A stretch of 64,000 bases of DNA, taken from IMG/VR virus record IMGVR_UViG_3300030376_004823, positions 3,917-67,916 of that record. One strand, 5' to 3'. The translations under genes were made by a program, and so were the position numbers. The stretch's first letter is position 1, and each line of letters opens with the position of its first letter. This document shows, one piece after another, positions 16,738-24,994 of this stretch. This DNA comes from a virus. Lineage: Duplodnaviria > Caudoviricetes. The notes under the pieces were generated by a model. It was not told the DNA's origin and ran no database searches. It saw only the letters and a list, made by a program, of their open reading frames with translations.

Positions 16738-17361
16738 ATGTTGAACGATAACACCAACACCCGCGCCTTCGCCGAGTCTCTTGGCCGCGCCATCTGCCAC
16801 GGGCAGAACATCGTCACCTGTGACGCTCTCCTCAACCCGCAATCCTACGGGTTCTTCTACTACGCTAACGATTCGATAGCCACGGTTGTCTCCCCCACGG
16901 ACCCCAAGGGCGCATACTCGTACTGGGCTGGAGAACTTCGTGAGGCACAGGCTCTCGCCGAGCGGTACGGACAAGACCCCGCAACATACGGCATCATGAT
17001 GACTTACGACCACGGACGTGGGTGTATATACCTGAACCTGGTCCGTGTCGAGTACATGAAGAGCCGCGCCTTGGACATGGCGGAGAACGATGGGGTGCAA
17101 TGCCCCTCTACCATCACGGAGTTCGGACGCAACCAAGAGAACAAGCGCATCTCTCTCGACGAGGAGGGTCGATCCCCGTACCCACAGCCCGACGATCCTG
17201 CGGGGCGTGCTGAGGTGGAGGCGGGGCGCAACCGCGAAGACGTAGAGGACGCGGCGATGCTGTTCCAAAACCTCGGCTTCACATCCGAGAAGGGTACAGA
17301 CCCTACGGAAAAGAAGGACTCACTCGACGAATGGTTGGATGACAACGTAAGTTTCGGGTAA
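16738..17361 (+). CDS. Early hypothetical protein, possibly a diverged SAM-lyase-fold protein with an acidic tail
   Basis: GIMMTYDHGRGCIYLNLVRV...RALDMAENDG weakly parallels the 13309 protein. Confidence 0.55.
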   Translation: MLNDNTNTRAFAESLGRAICHGQNIVTCDALLNPQSYGFFYYANDSIATVVSPTDPKGAYSYWAGELREAQALAERYGQDPATYGIMMTYDHGRGCIYLNLVRVEYMKSRALDMAENDGVQCPSTITEFGRNQENKRISLDEEGRSPYPQPDDPAGRAEVEAGRNREDVEDAAMLFQNLGFTSEKGTDPTEKKDSLDEWLDDNVSFG

Positions 17362-17367
17362 CAATCT

Positions 17368-17433
17368 CCTGTTCAGAGGTTTGAATTGGTGTAGATGGAT
17401 TCTATGCCCGACCTCACCACGAAAGGGAACAGG
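17368..17433 (+). ncRNA. Structured ncRNA candidate (multi-stem junction) upstream of tRNA-Arg
   Basis: Nested stems CCTGTTC/GAACAGG, GAGGT/ACCTC and GGTGTAGA/TCTATGCC, plus a C-GAAA-G loop. Confidence 0.55.
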
Positions 17434-17495
17434 TGCGGAACGCCCCATCCGATAAGCGACAGGGGGAAGTCGTCGAACTGCAGTCGGCGCACACA

Positions 17496-17568
17496 GCCCA
17501 CGTAGCTCAGGGGATAGAGCAACTGCCTTCTAAGCAGTCGGTCGCAGGTTCGATTCCTGCCGTGGGTA
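17496..17568 (+). tRNA. tRNA-Arg (anticodon UCU)
   Basis: GCCCACG/CGTGGGT acceptor, GCTC/GAGC D arm, ACTGC-CT-TCT-AA-GCAGT anticodon arm, GCAGG-TTCGATT-CCTGC T arm. Confidence 0.95.
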
Positions 17569-17583
17569 CAAACACATAAACAC

Positions 17584-17850
17584 ATGAGTGCATTTTTAGG
17601 AGTATGCGTAGGGTTGGTAGCCGTGATGTCATCGTACATCATCATCCGCCTTGCCATAGACATGGAGCCTACACAGGGTATGATGCTCGTGCAGATTGGA
17701 TTTCTTCTCAAGCTGTCCTTGAGTGCCATCTTCACTATCATCATCGTGCGCTCCTTCCCTCACTTAGACGCTATTAACTACGGACTGGGATTTGGATTGC
17801 TGGTGTGTATAGCACTCCCTACTCTCGCCATAACACAGACAAGAAAATGA
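17584..17850 (+). CDS. Small membrane protein (3 TM)
   Basis: Three hydrophobic helices in 88 aa. Confidence 0.7.
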   Translation: MSAFLGVCVGLVAVMSSYIIIRLAIDMEPTQGMMLVQIGFLLKLSLSAIFTIIIVRSFPHLDAINYGLGFGLLVCIALPTLAITQTRK

Positions 17851-18173
17851 TTGAAGGACACGAAAACAAAAACATCCCCGTTATGCAGACCACGATCGAA
17901 GGGGCGCAGAAGCGCATTGAATTGCTCATTGACTGGGCCACAGCCGTACACAATGGCAAGACGGAAGGCATGAGAAGAGCGGCTGCCCTCGAATACATCG
18001 GGGTCTTTCTCGACTCCGTGGAGGACGAGATGGCCGCCATTACCTCCTCATGCAACTCCCTGCACGACAGGTATGTTGCGGCTGTTGCCGAAATTGACCA
18101 ACTCCGTGAGGAAAACGAATCCCTTCGCAAGGGAAACCTCAACAACCTACACGCCGCAGATGATAACCGATAA
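17847..18173 (+). CDS. Coiled-coil hypothetical protein
   Basis: ATGA-coupled; heptad-like C-terminus. Confidence 0.6.
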   Translation: MIEGHENKNIPVMQTTIEGAQKRIELLIDWATAVHNGKTEGMRRAAALEYIGVFLDSVEDEMAAITSSCNSLHDRYVAAVAEIDQLREENESLRKGNLNNLHAADDNR

Positions 18174-18339
18174 GTACATGAAGGGGATGGAAGAGATGAT
18201 TGAACACCTCTCCACTCGCCTCGACGAAACAACAGGGGCAGAGAATCGCCTGTACCAAATAATGCTGGAGGCTACGATCAACAGCTACGAAGCAAAACTC
18301 AAACTCAAGATGCAAGATGACAAGCAAGCAACTACATAA
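18160..18339 (+). CDS. Small hypothetical protein
   Basis: Start at ATG 18160. Confidence 0.55.
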   Translation: MITDKYMKGMEEMIEHLSTRLDETTGAENRLYQIMLEATINSYEAKLKLKMQDDKQATT

Positions 18340-18343
18340 GCTG

Positions 18344-18463
18344 ATGTCTCTTACTGACAAGGCAATCGAAAGGCTCAAGCAAGAAAACTACAGAGCCTCT
18401 GTCCTTATCAGGAAGGAGTTTGAAGAACTACAAGACGAGCTATACGGAAAAGAAATAGGATGA
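18344..18463 (+). CDS. Small hypothetical protein (39 aa, not in the track)
   Basis: MSLTDKAIERLKQENY...; fills the gap and is ATGA-coupled to the next ORF. Confidence 0.5.
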   Translation: MSLTDKAIERLKQENYRASVLIRKEFEELQDELYGKEIG

Positions 18464-18606
18464 GCATAGTAATTAACCCCCAAGACGAGACCATCTGGTC
18501 TTACAAGCTTAACAACGGCCAGGTCTGCCACACACCAGACTGGGACCTCGCAAACCACAGAGGCGTGGGTTCCCCCGCCCTCGTATACCACAGACCAAAT
18601 GACTAA
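18460..18606 (+). CDS. Small hypothetical protein (48 aa, not in the track)
   Basis: MSIVINPQDETIWSY...; overlaps both neighbours. Confidence 0.5.
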   Translation: MSIVINPQDETIWSYKLNNGQVCHTPDWDLANHRGVGSPALVYHRPND

Positions 18607-18940
18607 CCGAAGAGCAATTCAAATTATCGGGGCTATTACAGCCGACAACACCAAGGAGGACGCCGTAGCTAAGGTGTTCGCTTGCGAAGACGTAATCGAG
18701 AACGATGTATTGGACTGGGTGGATATGCCACTCCCGATACTCATGAACCAATTTATTGACCACAACAACAACATTGCATCGAAGTTTATCGACGAGCGTT
18801 GCGAGATGTTCGGTTATGACGAAGGAGTCAAGATCGAAATGCACAACCTCAGAGATAAGATGGAGAGCGTTCTGATTGCCATGATTAAGTACGCCGCCTG
18901 TTACGGTGCAGTATCCAAGGAAATAGAGTCAGAACGCTGA
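18599..18940 (+). CDS. Hypothetical protein
   Basis: 113-aa ORF in operon position. Confidence 0.6.
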   Translation: MTNRRAIQIIGAITADNTKEDAVAKVFACEDVIENDVLDWVDMPLPILMNQFIDHNNNIASKFIDERCEMFGYDEGVKIEMHNLRDKMESVLIAMIKYAACYGAVSKEIESER

Positions 18941-18943
18941 CCT

Positions 18944-19019
18944 AGGGGCGGACGCATGGTGCATGGGGAGATCCCATGACAGGCGTGTGAGAATGCCCGA
19001 AGAAACAAAGTCCGCCTTT
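18944..19019 (+). ncRNA. Structured RNA candidate (closing stem plus two internal hairpins)
   Basis: AGGGGCGGAC/GTCCGCCTTT (10 bp) encloses CATGGG/CCCATG and GGCGT/ATGCC. Confidence 0.55.
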
Positions 19020-19061
19020 TCCTTGCGGATAACAGAAAACCACACTAAATTCACAGTCCAA

Positions 19062-19520
19062 ATGAAATTCAATCCACAAAATAGAAAGCTCTTGATGCTA
19101 TCAGCAGTCGAGACATACTATGCCTCAATAGGTATGGTTCCTAATAATTCAAGGTGTGCCAACCAAGTAAGAGCGCGTAATGCGATCGGGGTGGCTTTAT
19201 CACAATGGTCAACTAGTCAACAGGAAGTTGCCGATATCCTGAAGCGAGACCGATCTACGATAGCGCACATGACAATCAACCACATGGACAACCTTGAATT
19301 CTGGAAAGGGTACAAGGAGATGTACGAGAAAGCAAGGCTAATTGTAGATAGCAGGTTGTCTGCTACCAGTAAAGCCGACAGACTCGCCGACCTCACCAAT
19401 CAAATCTACATCCTCGAACAAGAGTGCGCCATCCTTCGCAACGAGCTGGATACAATCCAAGTCTCAAAGGATATCCAAGTAGCAACCGCAAAATTAAATG
19501 AACTAAAAGCTACAGCATAA
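19062..19520 (+). CDS. DnaA domain IV-like HTH protein with coiled-coil tail
   Basis: RCANQVRARNAI...SQQEVADILKRDRSTIAH matches the DnaA-C pattern. Start moved to ATG 19062. Confidence 0.6.
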   Translation: MKFNPQNRKLLMLSAVETYYASIGMVPNNSRCANQVRARNAIGVALSQWSTSQQEVADILKRDRSTIAHMTINHMDNLEFWKGYKEMYEKARLIVDSRLSATSKADRLADLTNQIYILEQECAILRNELDTIQVSKDIQVATAKLNELKATA

Positions 19521-20053
19521 TGAGTAACTACAAATTCAAGACCACGAACATCCGTGGCAAGCAGTACGTCGAAGTCAACGAGCGCATCAAGTTTTTTCGT
19601 CAAGAAGAACAGTACAAGAACTGGGGGATCAATACTGAGTTTCCCATGCTCACCCCTGAAGAGTGCTTGTGCCGCGCCTCGATCACTAACGTTGACGGGG
19701 AGGTTGTTGCAGTGGGGCATGCCCACGAAGTGAAGGCGGCAAGCAACATCAACAAGACGAGCTACGTAGAGAACTGCGAGACGTCTGCCGTTGGTCGTGC
19801 CTTGGCTATGTTGGGCATTGGTATCGACGCCTCTATCGCCTCGGCTAACGAGGTCAAGGATGCTATCGCAAAGCAAGATGCCGCCCCCAAGAGAGAGCCT
19901 AAGTCTAAGGACGAGTCCACGATCATGGACAAGGCCGTGAACTACATCAAGGGCCAGTCCGACAAGCAGAAAGCCTACGACAATATCATGTCCAAGTACG
20001 GGGATGAGTTGACCGATAAGCAAAAGGCTGGATTGAAGAAATTTGTACGATGA
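19520..20053 (+). CDS. Rad52/Sak-like single-strand annealing protein
   Basis: GKQYVEVNERI...GHAHE...ENCETSAVGRAL; adjacent to an exonuclease. Confidence 0.7.
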   Translation: MSNYKFKTTNIRGKQYVEVNERIKFFRQEEQYKNWGINTEFPMLTPEECLCRASITNVDGEVVAVGHAHEVKAASNINKTSYVENCETSAVGRALAMLGIGIDASIASANEVKDAIAKQDAAPKREPKSKDESTIMDKAVNYIKGQSDKQKAYDNIMSKYGDELTDKQKAGLKKFVR

Positions 20054-20838
20054 TTGATATCCCTAAAGCCCTCGAAGAGAGGTACGGCAAGTCACACTTG
20101 TCGTACTCCTCTCTGAAGGTCGCACTCGACGATATGGCGAAGTTCGACCTGTACATGAAGAAAGAGCTGAAGTTCGAGTCTCCTGCTCTGGACTTCGGTA
20201 CGCTCTACGACATGCTACTATTCGAGCGCGACAAGGCTATGAATCTGTACACTATTGTGTCTGACGACAGGATCCTGGACCTCTGCTCTGAGTCTGTCAA
20301 GAAGATGAAGCGACCAAGCATGTCTGCTGAGTTTAAGAAACTCAAGGCAGAGATGATTGCGGAGGCTGAGTCCAACGACAAGAAGCTGGTGTCCCCTGAA
20401 GACTGGAAGATGGCGAACGATATGATTGACAGGCTCGAAGAATGCGGGCTTGCCGACCAATATCTATCGAGCGGCAACTACCAAGTCGAGTTCAATGAGA
20501 TGCTCGGACCCATCAAGGTCAAGGGTTTTCTCGACTGCCTCGGTGACGGATACATCGTAGATTCCAAGTCTACCAAGTCCGTGTCCAAGTTCAGGTACAG
20601 CGTTCGTGACTTCAGTTACGACATCCAAGCATATATCTACACTAAGGTCTTCGGTGTAGACGAGTTCTACTGGCTCGTGCAGGAGAAGACGTATCCTTAC
20701 CTGCCAGCAATCGTAGAATGCTCGGAAGAGACACTCTTCGCTGGCGAAATGAAATTCAATGACGCTATTGAACGAATTGAAAAATTCCTTAGAGAGGGAA
20801 GTAGCCCCGTTCAAGACTACCTTCGCTTCAAGGTCTAA
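20050..20838 (+). CDS. PD-(D/E)XK exonuclease (RecE/DUF3799-like)
   Basis: SYSSLK, FGT..D, KGFLD...IVDSKST and YDIQAYIY motifs. Confidence 0.8.
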   Translation: MIDIPKALEERYGKSHLSYSSLKVALDDMAKFDLYMKKELKFESPALDFGTLYDMLLFERDKAMNLYTIVSDDRILDLCSESVKKMKRPSMSAEFKKLKAEMIAEAESNDKKLVSPEDWKMANDMIDRLEECGLADQYLSSGNYQVEFNEMLGPIKVKGFLDCLGDGYIVDSKSTKSVSKFRYSVRDFSYDIQAYIYTKVFGVDEFYWLVQEKTYPYLPAIVECSEETLFAGEMKFNDAIERIEKFLREGSSPVQDYLRFKV

Positions 20839-20950
20839 GTGGGTCCCCTACTTAGTCTGCGGAGTTTCTCTAATGACTCTATACATCGTAGTAATCTGCC
20901 TTGTAGCCGCATTCATAAACCTAATTCTTTACCCCTAAACACAAATAAAA

Positions 20951-21256
20951 ATGAGCGATACTAAGTATGACTCCGTTCTCGTCGGGTGGGCCGACGAACC
21001 CAAGTACAATGACAATAACGAGCTGATGAGCTGGCAAGTCCGATTGAAGGACAACGAGCTCAAGGACATGCTCGATCAGTACGTCACACGCCGTGACGCA
21101 GAAGGCAAAGGCGGCAACGTCTACCTTACCTTGTTCATGAGCAAGAATGGTAAGGCTTGTGCCCGTGTCTTCAATCCTAACAGCGAAGCCGCTAAGGAGA
21201 AGCGAGAGGCTAAGGCCGCAAGCAAGCAGGTCGTCCAAGATGACATGCCTTTCTAA
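20951..21256 (+). CDS. Putative single-stranded DNA-binding protein
   Basis: OB-like beta pattern, acidic DDMPF C-terminal tip, and position in the recombination module. Confidence 0.65.
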   Translation: MSDTKYDSVLVGWADEPKYNDNNELMSWQVRLKDNELKDMLDQYVTRRDAEGKGGNVYLTLFMSKNGKACARVFNPNSEAAKEKREAKAASKQVVQDDMPF

Positions 21257-21275
21257 GAGCTTCGGCATATACGCC

Positions 21276-21593
21276 ATGATGGAATGGGGGTTGAGAGACG
21301 TAAAGTTTCTTAGCCCCCAAACTTTCTCAGGCAAAAAAGGCGGGAGGACAATGACCTTTACCGCCGCAATGAGGAGCTACGACAAGGACTTCATGGTTCC
21401 TATCCCAAACTTTGAAACCAACTACCTCATCCTATTCATACCGAACAAGGAGGGAGACAACTGCATCATCCTCGAAGAAAGAGACGGGATGGTGTGGAAT
21501 GAAGACAAGGTATCTTTGAATTGGATAGCCCTTAACCTGAAAAGAAAGTGGAATGCAAAACTCAAGACCACTGATATACTCGATGACGCTTGA
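21276..21593 (+). CDS. Hypothetical protein
   Basis: Start moved to ATG 21276. Confidence 0.55.
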   Translation: MMEWGLRDVKFLSPQTFSGKKGGRTMTFTAAMRSYDKDFMVPIPNFETNYLILFIPNKEGDNCIILEERDGMVWNEDKVSLNWIALNLKRKWNAKLKTTDILDDA

Positions 21594-21810
21594 CGTAGCG
21601 TACAAGAAGAATAAGAGAACCACCAAGAGGGAGTCTTGGGCCGTGTCCAGATACAACACGCCAGAGTCTATAATGGCCAACTGCACCAGGACCATGAACA
21701 GACTCCGTAAGGAGTGCTACGGTAAGACCTACAAAGGCAAGAAGCACATCATAGTGAGAGGCGTAAGGGACATCAAAACACACGGGTACGTAAACAGCAA
21801 CGCGATATGA
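21583..21810 (+). CDS. Basic hypothetical protein
   Basis: Coupled ORF. Confidence 0.55.
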   Translation: MTLDVAYKKNKRTTKRESWAVSRYNTPESIMANCTRTMNRLRKECYGKTYKGKKHIIVRGVRDIKTHGYVNSNAI

Positions 21811-22094
21811 AGCCAAAGCATTACGACATGAAGATTCCCCCAGTGGAATTTATTGTAGCCAACCAAATACCCTTCTTGGAGGCTAACGTCATAAAGTATG
21901 TGTGCAGACACAAAATGAAAGGGGGGAAGCAGGATATCCTGAAAGCAATCGAATACCTGCAATTCATAATTAAAGATCAATACAATGAAAGTAACGTTCT
22001 TCAAGAACCTCTACGACAAGAACAGCCCACACCACGTAGACATACATACGGCTTTGGAGCGAATCCGACAGGGCCAATCGAAAACCACGATTGA
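21807..22094 (+). CDS. DUF3310-family protein
   Basis: PKHY...PVEFI...F...NVIKYVCR...KGGKQDILKAIEY. Confidence 0.8.
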   Translation: MKPKHYDMKIPPVEFIVANQIPFLEANVIKYVCRHKMKGGKQDILKAIEYLQFIIKDQYNESNVLQEPLRQEQPTPRRHTYGFGANPTGPIENHD

Positions 22095-23790
22095 AGATGT
22101 CAGGAGTGGAGACAAAGACGCGAAAAAGAAGCTACCGATTGTATGCTTCAGCGGGGAGTTTGCGGACCGCAGTGACGAAGGCCTCTTTGATCACAGCGGA
22201 CTTATTGTTTTGGACTTCGATCATATCGACGTTGAGAAATCCAAGGCGGTACTGGCTACTGACGCTTACGTCTATTCCTGTTGGGTTTCTCCATCGGGTG
22301 ATGGGCTCAAGGCGCTCGTTCGTGTTACCAACCCAGAAAGGCATAGGGACCACTTCCGTGCGCTCAAGAACTACTTCCACAAGCAGTACGACCTTGAGGT
22401 AGATGAGTCAGGAGTAAACGAGTCTCGCGCTTGCTTTGAGTCATACGACCCTGAACTTATCCTGAACCCTGCGGCGCAGAAGTTTGGGGCTTTCACCTCA
22501 GAGAGAAGCGAACAGGTTCAAGAGGCCAAGAAGGGGGAGTTTACGGACTACATGAAGCTCAACCTTGCATGCAGGATTATCAGGCAAGCCGAAGACGGGG
22601 AGAAGCACACAGCACTGCGCAATGCCGCTAGACTTCTCGGTGGGTTCGTGTCTGCTGGACGCATCGAGGAGGAGGAGGCTGTTCGTGTACTGTTCAGGGA
22701 GATTTCTAAGCGAGACATCGACAGCGAAGAACACGCAAGGAAAACCATCCGAGAAGGGTTGGAGAAGGGTAAGCAAGACCCTATCGTAGACGTAATCGGA
22801 GCAGAGCAGAACGCCAAACGAGAACTCCTGATTAATGACGGGGACATGTCCTTCATATCCTCTGACGACGAGGACTTCAGGTGGATCGACGACTACGCCA
22901 ACGGGCGCATCCAAGTTGGTTTAGATACAGGTGACGAGAAACTGGACGAACACTTCAGGTACAAGAAGGAGTTCACTATCATCAACGGGCACAGCAACGT
23001 AGGTAAAACCACCATGATGCTCTACCTGATGGTCAACGCCGCTCGTCGCCACGGATGGAAGTGGGTGGTGTACTCCTCAGAGAACCGAACGGCCTCGCTC
23101 AAGATGACGCTGATGCAGTTTGCGACCAACAGAAAGATCGGGGACGCTACATACGAGCAACGTAAGCTGGCCTACAAGTGGGTTAATGAACACTTCACTG
23201 TTATCAGCAACAACCAAGTGTACAGCTATGGTGACATCCTGGTCTTCCTTGAGAAGATTTACAGACAGCAGAAGTTTGACGCTGTGCTGGTGGACCCATA
23301 CAACAGCCTCAAGCTGGAGCTGTCAGGGCAGGGCAATAGCCATGACTACCACTACCAAGCCGCGTCAGAGTTCCTTACGTTCTCTAATGCCAATGATGTA
23401 GCGGTGTGGTTGAACATGCACGCTGTAACCGAGGCACAACGCCGTAAGGGTGACGATGGCCTACCAGTGGCCCCGTATGCTGAGGACACCGAGGGTGGAG
23501 GCAAGTTCGTAAACCGAGCAGACTGCTTCCTTACCATACACAGAAAGGTTCAAGCACCTGACAACAACATCAAGAAAACCACAGAACTCCATGTTCGGAA
23601 AGTTCGAGATGTCGAGACTGGGGGTATGCCAACGTCGATCGACGAGCCGCTAACCTTCACCATGGACACCTCTATGACGTCCTTTAGGTCGAATTACACA
23701 CAGGAGAAGCTGTTCCAACCTATTGGAAATGAGTTCAAAAACTATAAAACTTTTAAGATGTCCCCAAATGAAGCCTTTGCATCGATTTAA
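21985..23790 (+). CDS. Primase-helicase: BT4734/VirE-N-like AEP primase domain fused to a DnaB-like helicase
   Basis: N-terminus LP..CFSGEF...SGLIVLDFDH...SPSGDGLK; Walker A GHSNVGKT; Walker B VLVDPYN. Confidence 0.85.
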   Translation: MKVTFFKNLYDKNSPHHVDIHTALERIRQGQSKTTIEDVRSGDKDAKKKLPIVCFSGEFADRSDEGLFDHSGLIVLDFDHIDVEKSKAVLATDAYVYSCWVSPSGDGLKALVRVTNPERHRDHFRALKNYFHKQYDLEVDESGVNESRACFESYDPELILNPAAQKFGAFTSERSEQVQEAKKGEFTDYMKLNLACRIIRQAEDGEKHTALRNAARLLGGFVSAGRIEEEEAVRVLFREISKRDIDSEEHARKTIREGLEKGKQDPIVDVIGAEQNAKRELLINDGDMSFISSDDEDFRWIDDYANGRIQVGLDTGDEKLDEHFRYKKEFTIINGHSNVGKTTMMLYLMVNAARRHGWKWVVYSSENRTASLKMTLMQFATNRKIGDATYEQRKLAYKWVNEHFTVISNNQVYSYGDILVFLEKIYRQQKFDAVLVDPYNSLKLELSGQGNSHDYHYQAASEFLTFSNANDVAVWLNMHAVTEAQRRKGDDGLPVAPYAEDTEGGGKFVNRADCFLTIHRKVQAPDNNIKKTTELHVRKVRDVETGGMPTSIDEPLTFTMDTSMTSFRSNYTQEKLFQPIGNEFKNYKTFKMSPNEAFASI

Positions 23791-23806
23791 GCTGTAACTT
23801 CCCCAT

Positions 23807-24325
23807 GTGAAGCGAAAGAAAGGACAGACTACCAAGCGCAAGTCTGCCAAGAAGAGGGAGTTAGGGAGGTATAAGAGTGGACTCGAAAAGTGCTGCGCTG
23901 ACCTTCTAGCTGAATCTGGGATACCTTTCTCCTACGAGGAACACGAGTACACCCTTATGGACAAGTTCCGATACGAGGGTACGTACTGGAAAATGACCTC
24001 CAAGAAGAAAGAGATGACAGATCGGAGCAATAGCGTTGCGCTCCCGATACGCTACAAACCCGACTTCGTAGCTAAAGACGAAAGTTGGATAATAGAGACG
24101 AAGGGGTTCCTTCACTCCCATCATGACTTTCCTATGAGATGGAAGCTGTTCATGAAATACTTAGCCGAGCTTGGAAAACCGCTTCCAATGCTCTTTATTT
24201 GTAAAAATCGACAACAGGTCGAAAAGGCTATAAGTATTATCAAGGGCAATGAACCAGATAACAAAGGAGGACGTAGGAAGAAGCTACGGCGTGGCATGCG
24301 AGAGGATGCACCGCTTGATAGCTAA
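23807..24325 (+). CDS. T7 endonuclease I-like nuclease / resolvase
   Basis: YKSGLE...FSYE...YKPDF...IIETKG. Confidence 0.8.
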   Translation: MKRKKGQTTKRKSAKKRELGRYKSGLEKCCADLLAESGIPFSYEEHEYTLMDKFRYEGTYWKMTSKKKEMTDRSNSVALPIRYKPDFVAKDESWIIETKGFLHSHHDFPMRWKLFMKYLAELGKPLPMLFICKNRQQVEKAISIIKGNEPDNKGGRRKKLRRGMREDAPLDS

Positions 24326-24521
24326 CTTCCACGAAGACCTATTCAATAGGGAGGGGGACCCCAAGAGGCACCCAGGTTACGTGATCGAGCTTACCCAAAA
24401 GCTACGTCAGCAAGTCAACTACGAACTCGACTTAGTTCGTGAGGCTTCTAACCAATTTTACGAAGACCATGCTGAATCAAAAACGGAGGGCCTATTCGGG
24501 TTCGACGGGAAGAGTAGCTGA
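24249..24521 (+). CDS. Hypothetical protein
   Basis: Helical ORF overlapping both neighbours. Confidence 0.5.
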   Translation: MNQITKEDVGRSYGVACERMHRLIANFHEDLFNREGDPKRHPGYVIELTQKLRQQVNYELDLVREASNQFYEDHAESKTEGLFGFDGKSS

Positions 24522-24966
24522 GGTCAGGTTCGTAAGGGCGGCGGAAGAGCTAGGCCTTGACGTAAAGAAGTCCACCCGTAGGGAGGACATGACTGAACAC
24601 GTAGACTACTGGCTGGCCTTCAATGATAAAGGTAAGTGGGGAGTAGACGTAAAAGGTAACAATCTGCCAGACGAAATATGGGTAGAATTGATGAACGTAG
24701 GGGGTAACCCAGGTTGGTTGCATGGATCGGCTAAAATAATAGCTTTTGACATGCCCGAAGAAGGCGGGTTCTCAGTGGTAGACAGGGCAGAACTGAAGTA
24801 TTACGTAGATGAAAACGTTGACCTAGACGTGGTAAGCGATAAGTCGAAAGCATACAGAAGGCTATACCGAAGAAAAGACAGAAAAGATTTAATTACGAGA
24901 CTTAACTTATACGATATCAAGTCTTTAGATACTTACAGGGTGTGGCGATATTCCAAGAGCTATTGA
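24469..24966 (+). CDS. PD-(D/E)XK-family nuclease
   Basis: AE..F...HVD...VDVK...WVE..NV.G.PGWL.G. Confidence 0.65.
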   Translation: MLNQKRRAYSGSTGRVAEVRFVRAAEELGLDVKKSTRREDMTEHVDYWLAFNDKGKWGVDVKGNNLPDEIWVELMNVGGNPGWLHGSAKIIAFDMPEEGGFSVVDRAELKYYVDENVDLDVVSDKSKAYRRLYRRKDRKDLITRLNLYDIKSLDTYRVWRYSKSY

Positions 24967-24994
24967 CTATCTTGTAGGCCTTTCCGAAAAAATT

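Noticed and set aside
17368-19019. Hammerhead or other known ribozyme in the structured spacers
   Set aside because: GAAA is present but the CUGAUGA core is absent, and I recognise no known riboswitch consensus.
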